This document shows, one piece after another, positions 1-9,680 of a stretch of 64,000 nt of DNA. The position numbers were made by a program, and so were the translations under genes. Source of the DNA: an uncultured Acidobacteriota bacterium (lineage in GTDB: Bacteria > Acidobacteriota > Thermoanaerobaculia > Multivoradales > JAHEKO01); NCBI GenBank assembly GCA_963713825.1, contig CAVQNG010000014.1:160001-224000 (forward strand), in the 5' to 3' direction. Every line of letters begins with the position of its first letter. The first letter of the stretch is position 1. The notes beneath the pieces were generated by a model. That model searched no databases. It was not told the origin of the DNA and saw only the letters and a list, made by a program, of their open reading frames with translations.

Positions 1-313
1 TCAAGACGATGGTCTTCAAGGATCTCGTCAGAAAGACGATCAGACTCTCGCGCAGCGGGATCTGATCCAAAGCGAGAGCGAGTCCGAAAAGCAGAACACT
101 GAGAAAGAGGGGTCTGTGCAGGTTCCCGACGATCCGGTCGTCGATGTCGGTGCTGCTCTTCTTGGCCCACCGCGCCACCAACCGGGTGACCACGAGGTCA
201 ACGATCTTTGCTGCCAACAGAGAGAGGACCACAAGGATGGCGGCGTGGATGTAGCGATTGTCTCCAAAGGCCTGGAGAAATCGGTCGAGGAGAACTTGGC
301 TTTCGGCTGTCAT
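1..313 (-). CDS. Mechanosensitive channel MscS-family protein, N-terminal part (truncated by window edge)
   Basis: Not in the ORF track. Manual translation from ATG at 313 gives MTAESQVLLDRFLQAFGDNRYIHAAILVVLSLLAAKIVDLVVTRLVARWAKKSSTDIDDRIVGNLHRPLFLSVLLFGL..., open to the edge. Hydrophobic helices and the K-x-x-T-x-x-DD loop are typical of long MscS N-termini. Confidence 0.6.
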   Translation of the reverse strand, partial: MTAESQVLLDRFLQAFGDNRYIHAAILVVLSLLAAKIVDLVVTRLVARWAKKSSTDIDDRIVGNLHRPLFLSVLLFGLALALDQIPLRESLIVFLTRSLKTIVL

Positions 314-357
314 GGCTGTTGGCTTCCCCGCGGGTCAGAGGCAAGGATACCGCAGGC

Positions 358-1707
358 TCAGGGAGCGCTGATCTGGCCCGGCTGGCTCGTGTCGGGCTTT
401 CCGAGCAGCCGCTTGGCCACAGGACCGGCGAGCAGCACCACCGCCACGAGGTTGGGGATGGCCATCACACCGTTGAGCAGGTCGGCCCAGGCCCAGATCG
501 CTCGAGCCCCAGCAGCGCCACCGCCCAGGATGGCCAGACAGTAGAGCAGTCGATAGGGTCCGCGAGCCCTTGGTCCGAGGAGGTAGGCCGCACACTGTTC
601 GCCATAGAAGGCCCAGGTTATGAGCGTCGAGAGGCCGAAGAGCAGGGATGCCGCCAGGACCACTGTGCCGCCCATGGGGCCGAGACCTGCTGAGAAGGCC
701 TGTGCCGTGAGCGTGGTGGATTCCAGACCGGAGCGCCAGGTTCCGCTCGCCAGTAGGACAAGGCCCGTGGCACTGGACACCACCAGGGTGTCGAGGAACA
801 CCCCGAGCATGGCAATCCTGCCCTGGGCAATCGGATCGTCGGTTCGGGCAGAGGCGTGGGCAATGGGCACCGAGCCGGTTCCCGCCTCGTTGGAGTAAAC
901 ACCTCGGGCGACGCCGAATCGAAAGGCCTGCTTGACACTGGCTCCGAGAAAGCCACCGCCGGCCGCAATGGGGGTGAACGCGTGTTCGATTACCAAGGCG
1001 AGCGACGCCACCAGCTCAGACCGGAAGACCCACAGCACCCCAACGGCTCCGGCGAGGTAGAGCAACCCCATGAACGGAGACAGGATCTCGGAGACCCTGG
1101 CGATGGAGCGAACACCGCCGATGATGGCAACGCCGGTGACCACAGCCGCCAGAGCACAGGTGAAGCCCGGGCTCCAGCCGAGCTCACTGGCCGCCACGAG
1201 GGACATCGAGTTGCTTTGCACGGTGGTGGTCGCGAGCAGGGTCTTCAAGGCCATTCCTATGGCAAAGAAGGAGGCTACGCCTGGCCAGCCGAGACCATCC
1301 TCGAGGTAGAACATGGGTCCACCCAGATAGAGACCATCCTCGCCCTTGCGACGGTAGATGATTCCCAAGACAGACTCGGCGAACATCGTCCCCATTCCAA
1401 CCAGGCCGCTGACCCACATCCAGAACAGAGCCCCGGGGCCGCCTGAAGTGATCGCAGTGGCGACGCCGGCGATGTTGCCGTTGCCGACGATGCCGCCCAC
1501 AGCGGTCATCAGAGCCGCGAAGGGAGTGATATCACCCGAGGAGGAAGCTGCCGCCGGGGGGCGTAGAAGGTCTCGCAGAGCTCGGCCGAACTGTCGAATC
1601 TGCACAGCGTGGAGACGAACCAGCAGGTACGTTCCGACTCCGAGAACGAGGCTCAGCATGGGGAGTCCCCATAGGAAATCGCTGGCGCTCTGAATCCACT
1701 GACTCAT
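358..1707 (-). CDS. Alanine/glycine:cation symporter (AGCS/AlsT family)
   Basis: Motifs GNGNIAGVATAI, GGPGALFWMW, GGPMFYL, RGVYSNEAGTGS and MAIPNL; multi-pass hydrophobic, 449 aa. Confidence 0.95.
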   Translation of the reverse strand: MSQWIQSASDFLWGLPMLSLVLGVGTYLLVRLHAVQIRQFGRALRDLLRPPAAASSSGDITPFAALMTAVGGIVGNGNIAGVATAITSGGPGALFWMWVSGLVGMGTMFAESVLGIIYRRKGEDGLYLGGPMFYLEDGLGWPGVASFFAIGMALKTLLATTTVQSNSMSLVAASELGWSPGFTCALAAVVTGVAIIGGVRSIARVSEILSPFMGLLYLAGAVGVLWVFRSELVASLALVIEHAFTPIAAGGGFLGASVKQAFRFGVARGVYSNEAGTGSVPIAHASARTDDPIAQGRIAMLGVFLDTLVVSSATGLVLLASGTWRSGLESTTLTAQAFSAGLGPMGGTVVLAASLLFGLSTLITWAFYGEQCAAYLLGPRARGPYRLLYCLAILGGGAAGARAIWAWADLLNGVMAIPNLVAVVLLAGPVAKRLLGKPDTSQPGQISAP

Positions 1708-1867
1708 GACGGGTGCCGTCTCGACGCGGGGATCTTACCTGGTACGGCGGTCTGGCCGGTGGTCCGGCCCGACACTCCAATCGACCGAGAAAGATTGATG
1801 TGTAGGGTCGCTGCCCGTACAATGACTCGACTGCAGGGGGCACGAGTTGTGAGGGGCCCTTGCCGGC

Positions 1868-4006
1868 ATGAGTAACCTTCACCAATCATCCATGAAGCTT
1901 GTGCTGCGGATGGCGCGCCAACTGGGCGTCGGGTTGTGCCTGGTCTGGTGCTGCGTGGCACCCGGGCCAGTGTTCGGTCAGGAAGTCGAGGCCAGCCCCG
2001 AGCTCCAGCGCCCGTCGTTTCCTTCCCTCCGCAACGCGAACTACACGATCGAGGTCCGACTCGACCCTGACGAGAAGATTCTCGAGGGGCGACAGACCGT
2101 GGTCTGGCGCAACACCCAGAGCGCGGCCACGGACGAGCTGTGGTTCCATCTCTACTGGAATGGCTGGCGCAATAGCCGCAGCACCTGGATGCTGGAGGAC
2201 CAGATCCGCGGCCGCAGCAGCCTCGACTCGAAAGAGGAGGCCGAGGACTGGAGTTATCTGGAAGTGGACTCTATCCTTCTCTTGTCCGCTGGCGAGTTTG
2301 CAGGCGCTGATCTCGAGCCAACCACGAGATTCGCTGCTCCCGACGACGGCAATCCCGATGACCGCACAGTGATGGTCGTGTCATTGCCATTCTCGGTCGC
2401 GCCCGATGAGGAAGTCTCTCTCGAGCTCACCTGGCGGGCGAAGGTTCCTCGGACCTTTGCGAGAACTGGATTCCGCGGCAATTACTTCTTCATTGCCCAC
2501 TGGTTCCCGAAGCTCGGCGTATTCGAAGGCGATGGCTGGAACTGCCACCAGTACCATTCGGGTACCGAATACTTCTCCGACTACGGTGTCTACGATGTGT
2601 CGATCACGTTGCCGAGCGACTTTGTCCTGGGGGCGACCGGACGGCTGGTCGACTCGCTGGACAACAGCGACGGCAGCGTAACTCACCGACATGTCCAGGA
2701 AGATGTCCACTCGTTCACCTGGACCACCAGTCCTGACTACCTGGTTCTGACCGATCGCTTCGAGCACGAAGGCCTGCCGTCGGTAGATCTTCGCTTGTTG
2801 ATCCAGCCGGAACACGCCGGACAGGCCGAGCGTCATTTCCACGCCACGAAGGCCGCTCTTCAGTATTACGGCACCTGGTACGGCCCGTACCCCTACGGTC
2901 ACGTCACCGTGGTGGATCCCGCCTATGGCAGTGGAGCCGGAGGAATGGAGTATCCGACCCTCTTCACCGCCGGCAGCCGCCTCTTCAATCCCTTTGGAGG
3001 CGGTTCACCGGAGGGTGTGACCATTCATGAAGCGGGGCACCAGTTTTGGTACGCACTGGTCGGCAACAACGAGTTCGAGGACGCCTGGTTGGATGAAGGT
3101 CTCAATACCTTCTCGACAACCCGCACCTACGACCAGGCTTACCCGCCGAAGAAGCCTGTCCGTCGGTACTTCACGCCACCGGGAACCGAATTACGGGGCT
3201 TCTTTCCACTGCTGCTGGAGGGCTTTGGCTATACGGGCGGCATCTTCGACGAGCGGCTCGGTGGATACCGAGAGTTGGCCACCATCGATCGGCAGAGCAC
3301 GCCCTCGTATCTCTACTATCCGTCTGCCGGTGGGGCACTCAGCTACTCCAAGACAGCACTCTGGCTGGCCACCTTGGAACGCTACCTGGGTTGGGATGTC
3401 CTACAGCCCGCCATGTCGAACTTCTTCCACGAATGGAAGTACCGACACCCGGGTCCCGACGACTTCTTCGACGCCATCAGCCAGGAGGCTGGTCGAGACC
3501 TCTCCTGGTTCTTCGAGCAGGTGTACCACAGCTCAGAGGAGTTCGACTACGGTGTGCTCACGGTCTCCAGCCGACCTGCTGCTGTCGAAGGCTGGATTTC
3601 AGAGGAAGGTGAGCTCACGATGGCCACAGTGGTCGCTGAGGAGGATGGCGAGGACGGATCGTCAACCGACGATAGCGACTCCGAGACCCTCTATCGATCG
3701 GAAGTTGTCGTGCGGCGATTCGGTGGTGGTGTCTTTCCGGTCGAAGTGCTCATGGTCTTCGAAGATGGAGAAGAGGTTCGCTACCGTTGGGATGGTCGAG
3801 ATCGGTGGAAGCGGATCGTGGTCGAGCAGACTTCGAAGCTGGCCTACGCCGTTGTGGATCCCGACAGAGTCCTGCTGCTCGATGTTCGCCCTTCGAACAA
3901 CAGCCTCATGTTGGAGGCTCCAGATCGTACTCCGGCCATCAAGTGGTCGGCTCGTTGGCTGATCTGGCTGCAGGATCTGCTGACCAACTTCGCCTACTTT
4001 GGATAG
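1868..4006 (+). CDS. Secreted M1-family zinc aminopeptidase
   Basis: GGMEYP exopeptidase motif, HEAGH-x18-E zinc motif (AWLDEG), YSK catalytic Tyr region and a signal-peptide-like N-terminus. Exact start uncertain. Confidence 0.92.
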   Translation: MSNLHQSSMKLVLRMARQLGVGLCLVWCCVAPGPVFGQEVEASPELQRPSFPSLRNANYTIEVRLDPDEKILEGRQTVVWRNTQSAATDELWFHLYWNGWRNSRSTWMLEDQIRGRSSLDSKEEAEDWSYLEVDSILLLSAGEFAGADLEPTTRFAAPDDGNPDDRTVMVVSLPFSVAPDEEVSLELTWRAKVPRTFARTGFRGNYFFIAHWFPKLGVFEGDGWNCHQYHSGTEYFSDYGVYDVSITLPSDFVLGATGRLVDSLDNSDGSVTHRHVQEDVHSFTWTTSPDYLVLTDRFEHEGLPSVDLRLLIQPEHAGQAERHFHATKAALQYYGTWYGPYPYGHVTVVDPAYGSGAGGMEYPTLFTAGSRLFNPFGGGSPEGVTIHEAGHQFWYALVGNNEFEDAWLDEGLNTFSTTRTYDQAYPPKKPVRRYFTPPGTELRGFFPLLLEGFGYTGGIFDERLGGYRELATIDRQSTPSYLYYPSAGGALSYSKTALWLATLERYLGWDVLQPAMSNFFHEWKYRHPGPDDFFDAISQEAGRDLSWFFEQVYHSSEEFDYGVLTVSSRPAAVEGWISEEGELTMATVVAEEDGEDGSSTDDSDSETLYRSEVVVRRFGGGVFPVEVLMVFEDGEEVRYRWDGRDRWKRIVVEQTSKLAYAVVDPDRVLLLDVRPSNNSLMLEAPDRTPAIKWSARWLIWLQDLLTNFAYFG

Positions 4007-4016
4007 GGATAGCGCC

Positions 4017-4985
4017 ATGAGCCTGCTCAATGCCCTCCGTGGCGGACTCGCAATGGGACTCAAGTCCTGGAGGATCGCTGCGCTTCTGTGGCTGATGGGC
4101 CTGCTGTTCGCCCTACCAGCGGCGATCTTCATTGAAGAGGCTGTTCACGAGTACATCGGCTCGAGCTTGGCGCACGAAAGCCTGCGAGGTCCCATGGACC
4201 TGGCCTGGTACGAGGAGTTCAAGGCCGAAGCTGGAGGCGTGAGCTCCATGGTCACGATCTCCAGGCTGAGCCCAGCCGCCGTCCTCGACAATCTGGAGCT
4301 TTGGTTCTCCGGCGCCCTGTTCAAAGAGAACGCGGGGGTCGCTGCACTGGGGATTCTCTTCGCCCTCCTATGGACCCTGATGAGTGGAGGCGTGCTGGCT
4401 CATCTGACCACGTCAGGGGATCAACCGGACTCGGATTCGTTCCTGGTGTCCTCGAGCCGATACTTCCTCAGATTCCTACGGCTCGCCATTGCTGCTGGGC
4501 TGGCCTACTACTTGATCTACAGGTTCAGCCAGTGGCTATTTCCTGAGATCGAACGGGCGACTCGCGATGTCACCGTCGAGCGCACCGTCCTGTTGTACAA
4601 CCTTGTCGCTGCGGCCTTCGTCCTGTTCCTACTCGTGGTGGTGAAAGTCAGCGTCGACTACGCCAAGATCAGCACCGTCGTCGAAGAGCGTCGCAGCATG
4701 GTCCTGGCGGCGCTTCGCGGAGCTCAGTTTGTAGTGACCCACCCCGTTCGAGCTCTGGGCATCTACGTCGTAATGGGAGTCCTGGGCCTGCTGTTGGCGA
4801 TCGTCTACTACTTCGCAACGCCCGGAGTAGGCGGGGAGGGTAGTGCGTTCATCGTCCTGGCGCTGGTGGTGGGCCAGGTCTATCTCCTGGTCCGCTGGGT
4901 CCTGCGAATCAGCCTTCTTGGCGCGGAGTCCCTTCTGTACCGATCGGTGCAGGGTTACCTGCGCCGAGACTCTTCTCGACTCTGA
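4017..4985 (+). CDS. Multi-pass membrane protein, function unknown, co-transcribed with the M1 peptidase
   Basis: About 6 hydrophobic segments; ATG 10 nt after the peptidase stop. Confidence 0.8.
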   Translation: MSLLNALRGGLAMGLKSWRIAALLWLMGLLFALPAAIFIEEAVHEYIGSSLAHESLRGPMDLAWYEEFKAEAGGVSSMVTISRLSPAAVLDNLELWFSGALFKENAGVAALGILFALLWTLMSGGVLAHLTTSGDQPDSDSFLVSSSRYFLRFLRLAIAAGLAYYLIYRFSQWLFPEIERATRDVTVERTVLLYNLVAAAFVLFLLVVVKVSVDYAKISTVVEERRSMVLAALRGAQFVVTHPVRALGIYVVMGVLGLLLAIVYYFATPGVGGEGSAFIVLALVVGQVYLLVRWVLRISLLGAESLLYRSVQGYLRRDSSRL

Positions 4986-5022
4986 TGGTCTCTGGCGCTC
5001 GCTTCGGTAGCGACAGGGGTGC

Positions 5023-6069
5023 TCAGGGGATGAGTATCACCTTGGTGCACCCATCGAGTTTCTCGGCGAATGTCCGGTAGGCTTCGACGCCAGCCTCGAG
5101 TGGCAGTCGGTGGGAGATGACCCTGGCGAGGGGAAAGCGCTCCGATCTGGCCAGGGCCAGGGAGCGCTCCATGTAGTGCCGGGCCGAGCACCTGCCGGTC
5201 TTGAATGTGAGGTTCTTGTCGTAGGCCGCCATGGGCGTAAAGGGAAAATCCGGCTCGGTATGAACCCCCGCTGCCATGATCGTGCCCCCAGGGCGTACGA
5301 GGCTCATGGCCAAATGGCCGGCGGCGGAGTTACCGACCGCCTCGAGCACAGCATCGACCCCTCGTCCGTCCGTTGCCTCATGGACGACTGAGGAGGGTTC
5401 CACATCGTGGAAGTTGACCGGCACCGCTCCGAAGTCGGCCGCCAGGTCGAGTCGCTCGCCAATCCAGTCGATCGCGAAGACCAGGCGGGCGCCGAGCGAG
5501 AGGGCTGCGGCCACGGCCATCAGACCGACAGGTCCACAACCAACGATCCCGACTACACACCCAGGTCCAATGTCAGCGGTCTCGGCGGAGAAGAGGCCTG
5601 TCGAGAGAACGTCCCCTGCCAGGAGAGCCACCTCGGGCGGGAGGTCTTCGGGAGCGAGAACCAGCGTCGAATCGGCCAGGGGTACTCGAACATATTCGGC
5701 CTGAGCACCATGCAGGCCAGAACCGTCCTCTCGCCAACCAAATAGCTGCCCCCTGGCGCATCGCGCCGTGAGACCTCTCTCACAATAGAAACAGGCTCCG
5801 CAGCTGGTCGAGAATGGACTGACGATTCGATCGCCGACTCGGAATCGCTCGACGGCGGTGCCGACTTCGACAATCTCACCGACAAACTCATGGCCCAGAA
5901 CTGTTCCCAAGTCGAGACCGGTCTCCCTGCCGTGGTAGACATGCAGGTCGGATCCGCAAATCGCCGTCATTCCCGTCCGGACGACGACGTCGCCGGATTC
6001 TTCGATGAGCGGATCGGGGAGAGTTCCAAGTCGAACTTCCTCTACGCCTTGAAACGTCAGTGCTCGCAT
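5023..6069 (-). CDS. Zinc-dependent alcohol dehydrogenase (MDR superfamily, FDH-like)
   Basis: CGSDLH, GHE, structural Zn motif CGACFYC...C and Rossmann GCGPVG. Confidence 0.93.
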   Translation of the reverse strand: MRALTFQGVEEVRLGTLPDPLIEESGDVVVRTGMTAICGSDLHVYHGRETGLDLGTVLGHEFVGEIVEVGTAVERFRVGDRIVSPFSTSCGACFYCERGLTARCARGQLFGWREDGSGLHGAQAEYVRVPLADSTLVLAPEDLPPEVALLAGDVLSTGLFSAETADIGPGCVVGIVGCGPVGLMAVAAALSLGARLVFAIDWIGERLDLAADFGAVPVNFHDVEPSSVVHEATDGRGVDAVLEAVGNSAAGHLAMSLVRPGGTIMAAGVHTEPDFPFTPMAAYDKNLTFKTGRCSARHYMERSLALARSERFPLARVISHRLPLEAGVEAYRTFAEKLDGCTKVILIP

Positions 6070-6154
6070 AGCGGCTGGAAGCTCCTGGGTGCGGAGGATC
6101 AGATCGTCTTGTCAGTGTTCGCTAGTCGCGGTCGCCACAACTTGGCTGCGTAGG

Positions 6155-8056
6155 TCAGGCCGGGCTTTCGGAGCTGTCTGAGCCGACAGAGCTTTCGTCG
6201 CTGACCGAGCCCTCCGCGGGCTTGCGCTTCCGACCGCCCCGCCTCGAGCGGCCTCTTCCTCCCCGACGCCTTCTTCCCGAACTGGATTTCTCGGCAGTGC
6301 TCTTCTCAGAAGCACCCTGTTCTGCGCCTTCACCCTCGCTTCTCGGCAGCTGTGCGCTACCTTCAGGGGTCGCTGCGGCGGCCTTGGTGTCCTGCGAAGC
6401 GGAGTCCTGACCTGCTGGCGGTTTCTGGGTGCCCTTGGAAGGACGTCGTCGTCGCCTTCGGGAAGTCGTCTTCTTGGCGCCGGAAACGGCGTCAGCAGGG
6501 GTCGCGGCGTCTTGGATGCTCAGCGAAGTCGTCTCGGCTGCGCTCGCTTTGCGAGGCGATGCCGGTCTTCGAGCTTCGACCTGCGGTGACTCGATCCAAT
6601 CGATTTCCTGCTCCGATCGATGCAGTCGATTCGAGGCGATGAACTCGACTCGGCAACCAAACTCGTCTTCGAGGTCGGCGATCTCGCGGCGTCGCTTGTT
6701 CTGGACCGAGTCGGCCAGCTCGGGGTGCAGGGAGATTCTGGCAGTGCCGGTGAAACCGGAGGCGGCCCGCGCCTCGATCTTGCGGAAGAGCTTCAGGCCG
6801 ACCATCTCGGAGCTGGCAATACGGCCGGTTCCCGAACAGGTCGGGCAGGCACGATGCGTGCGCAGATGAAGCGCCTGCTGAATTCTCTGACGATTGACTT
6901 CGAGCAGACCGTTGGGGCTGATTCGGCCCACCGTGAACCGAGCTTTGTCGGTCTTCATGGCGTCGCGCAGGCCCTTTTCGACTGCTTTGCGGTTCTTCCA
7001 GGCCTGCATATCGATGAAGTCGATGATGATGAGGCCGCCGATATCTCGCAGGCGAAGCTGTCTGGCGACTTCTGCTCCGGCCTCGAGATTGGTGTGGAGA
7101 GCCGTCTCTTCCTGGCTCGAGGCTCGCGTCGATCGCCCGGAATTGACGTCGATGGCAACCAGTGCCTCCGTACGGTCGATGACGATCGAGCCCCCGCTGG
7201 GCAATGCGACCTGCCGGTCGTAGATCCTCTCGATCTGGGGCTCGAGCTCGAATCGGGCGAAGAGGGGAGTCCTCTCCGAGTAGCGCACGAGTTTCGTCTT
7301 GGTTCTGGGCATGAAGGCCCGCATGTACTGCAGGGTCTTCTCGTAGGCGGCATCGTCGTCAATGAGGACTTCTTGAATCGAGCTGTCCAGGTAGTCCCTC
7401 AGAGTCCTCAGGATGATGTCCTGATCGCTGTAGAGCAGCTGGATGCCTTTACCCCTCCTGGCTTCACTGCCGACGCTCTTCCAGAGACGCAGAAGCGCGT
7501 TCATGTCGCGATTCAGGGCCATCTTGTTCTGGTCCAGGGCATTGGTCCGAACGATGATTCCCGCCCCGGATGGCTTGTTCAATTTGGCGACCTGATCCTT
7601 GAGGCGCTTGCGGGTTTCGTCGTCCTCGACCTTTCTCGACACTCCCTGGGTATCGTCGAACGGTGTCAGTACGAGATACCGGCCGGCCAGGCTGAGGTTC
7701 GTCGTCAGAGCGGCTCCCTTGTTGCCTTCCGGCTCCCGGGTCACCTGCACGACGATGGGTTTGCCCTTTTCCAGGACTTCATCGATGCGAGCCCGACTCT
7801 TGTTCTTCGGCTCGCGATAGTAGGCTGCCGAGACCACATCCTGGATGGCCAAGAAGCCGTGTCTCTCGGCGCCGTAGTCGATGAAGGCGGCGTTCAGGCT
7901 CGGTTGCACCGAGGCGATGATGCCGCGATAGATGTTGCCGCGGGTGAGGTCTCTGTCCGCGACCTCGACCTGGTAGTTTTCGAGGACGCCGTCGTCCACG
8001 ATGGCGATGCGCAGCTCTTCTGGAGCTCGCGCGTTGATCAACATTTTGCGTGTCAA
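6155..8056 (-). CDS. rne: Ribonuclease E/G family endoribonuclease
   Basis: S1 domain GNIYRG...AAFIDYG, IDVNSG, LRLRDIGGLIIIDFIDM, Zn-link CPTC, and a disordered Arg/Ser-rich C-terminal tail. TTG start with upstream GGAG. Confidence 0.93.
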   Translation of the reverse strand: MTRKMLINARAPEELRIAIVDDGVLENYQVEVADRDLTRGNIYRGIIASVQPSLNAAFIDYGAERHGFLAIQDVVSAAYYREPKNKSRARIDEVLEKGKPIVVQVTREPEGNKGAALTTNLSLAGRYLVLTPFDDTQGVSRKVEDDETRKRLKDQVAKLNKPSGAGIIVRTNALDQNKMALNRDMNALLRLWKSVGSEARRGKGIQLLYSDQDIILRTLRDYLDSSIQEVLIDDDAAYEKTLQYMRAFMPRTKTKLVRYSERTPLFARFELEPQIERIYDRQVALPSGGSIVIDRTEALVAIDVNSGRSTRASSQEETALHTNLEAGAEVARQLRLRDIGGLIIIDFIDMQAWKNRKAVEKGLRDAMKTDKARFTVGRISPNGLLEVNRQRIQQALHLRTHRACPTCSGTGRIASSEMVGLKLFRKIEARAASGFTGTARISLHPELADSVQNKRRREIADLEDEFGCRVEFIASNRLHRSEQEIDWIESPQVEARRPASPRKASAAETTSLSIQDAATPADAVSGAKKTTSRRRRRRPSKGTQKPPAGQDSASQDTKAAAATPEGSAQLPRSEGEGAEQGASEKSTAEKSSSGRRRRGGRGRSRRGGRKRKPAEGSVSDESSVGSDSSESPA

Positions 8057-8351
8057 ACCATCTCCGTTCTTTTGCTTTGAAATTCTGTCAAGTCGCTGAC
8101 TGGCCTACGCCGAGTCCGTGCAAGTTGAATGCGAAGGGGGCAACGAGAGCTGCTCCGGCGGGCGGTGATCACGGTTGTCGAGAGAAGAATGGGTGGGCCC
8201 TTTGCTGCTCCTCACCGCAAGATCGGTGGAAGTGTAGCAGATTCAGTGGATTGGCGATTCGCAGGAGGCAGGAAACGAGGCATTCGAGTGGGCGCGAAGT
8301 CGAGTTTGCTTGGTAACATGAAGCCTCCGTTCTGTGATGGAAGAGGACTCC

Positions 8352-9479
8352 ATGGCCACGCTACAACCCTACCAGTGGATTGAGGATGGCAGCGGCCTTC
8401 AGGCACTCGCGGCGGAGGTCCGCTCCTGCGAGTGGGTGGCCCTGGACAGTGAGTCCAATTCTGGATTCGTCTATCAGGAACGGCTTTGTCTGCTGCAGCT
8501 CAATGTTGCCGACCAGTTGTGGGTCGTGGACCTGCTGGCCTTGGCTGGTGGGCGAGAGGCCCTCGACCTCCTGCGCGAACCTCTCGAGAATCCGTCGACC
8601 ACGGTGATTCTGCACGGTGGTGAGTTCGATGTGGGCTGCTTGAAGCGGGACTACGAGATCTCTCTGGGTGGAGTATGGGACACGCAGCAGGCTGCATCCT
8701 TCCTGGGTTGGGAAAAGACCGGGTATGGAGCCGTAGTCGAGGCGGTCTGTGGAGTGAAACTACCGAAGGGCTTCGCCCATTACGACTGGGGGAAGCGGCC
8801 TTTGGACCGCGCTCCCTTGCAGTACGCGATCGATGACGTTCACTATCTACCCCTGGTCTGGCGAGATTTGTTGCGACGGGTGCAAGAAGCCGACCTCATG
8901 GAGGAAGTCGAGATCGCCAACCGGGTCGTCGAGACGGCGACGTGGAATGGCGGCTTTCAGGCTGACGCGGTCTGGACCATCAAAGGTGCCCGTCAACTTG
9001 CACCGGAGAGCCAGGCGGTCCTGTGGTCTCTATACACATGGCGTGACTCGACAGCTCGGAGCTTGAACCTTCCACCGGGCAGAGTCATCAACAACGCGAA
9101 CTTGGTGGCACTGAGTCGCAATCCGCCGGCCACTCTCCAGGGGTTGAAGAGGCTCGGGCTGTCCGGGAGAGTGCGGTCGCGCTTTGCCGGTGAGCTCCTG
9201 CAGAGAATCGCGGAGGCACGGCGGCAACAGCCGCCCGCAATGGAGCCAGTACAGCGACAGAAGCGGGACCCGGCCGTAGAGAAGCGAGGCGACCGGCTGA
9301 AGATCTGGCGGCGGCAGGAGGCAGCCAGACGAGGCGTTCCCTTGCAGGTTGTGCTTCCCGTGGTGGCGATGCGTCATCTGCAGCGGCACGGCTCTCGAGA
9401 CCTGCCCTCGGTACCACAGCTCGGTTCCAAGCGCATCGAGCTTTATGGCCGGAAGCTCGAGGAAGTGTGTCGGCCCTGA
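8352..9479 (+). CDS. rnd: Ribonuclease D (DEDDy 3'-5' exonuclease with HRDC domain)
   Basis: ALDSE, LCLLQL, WDTQ, YAIDDV motifs and HRDC-like WRD...PPGRVI. ATG 8352 follows GAGGA. Confidence 0.88.
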   Translation: MATLQPYQWIEDGSGLQALAAEVRSCEWVALDSESNSGFVYQERLCLLQLNVADQLWVVDLLALAGGREALDLLREPLENPSTTVILHGGEFDVGCLKRDYEISLGGVWDTQQAASFLGWEKTGYGAVVEAVCGVKLPKGFAHYDWGKRPLDRAPLQYAIDDVHYLPLVWRDLLRRVQEADLMEEVEIANRVVETATWNGGFQADAVWTIKGARQLAPESQAVLWSLYTWRDSTARSLNLPPGRVINNANLVALSRNPPATLQGLKRLGLSGRVRSRFAGELLQRIAEARRQQPPAMEPVQRQKRDPAVEKRGDRLKIWRRQEAARRGVPLQVVLPVVAMRHLQRHGSRDLPSVPQLGSKRIELYGRKLEEVCRP

Positions 9480-9680
9480 ACCTCTGAGGAGGCTTTTTTC
9501 ACGAGTCTCCAGCTCGACGACGGTGAGGTTTTGGTTCGGTTCCGGAAGCGGCCCCTAGGTAGAGCTCGCTGGTTTGATTCACGATAAGATCCCCGACTCA
9601 TCGACCGACTTCCCCGCACGAAGCCGGTCGGCTTCGGAGAATCCAAGATATCAGCTTCAACTCGAGACAACAGGTGATAG

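Noticed and set aside
6620-8080. 486-aa plus-strand ORF antisense to rne (likewise 9831..11864, 18687..20321, 40052..41383 and other long overlapping ORFs)
   Set aside because: Shadow ORFs caused by GC-rich codon bias on the opposite strand of clearly recognisable genes; no protein motifs.
9480-9680. Possible T-box leader upstream of leuS (contains hairpin CGAAGCCG-GT-CGGCTTCG)
   Set aside because: No T-box consensus (GGTGGNACCGCG) and no terminator/antiterminator before the start; a lone GC hairpin is insufficient.
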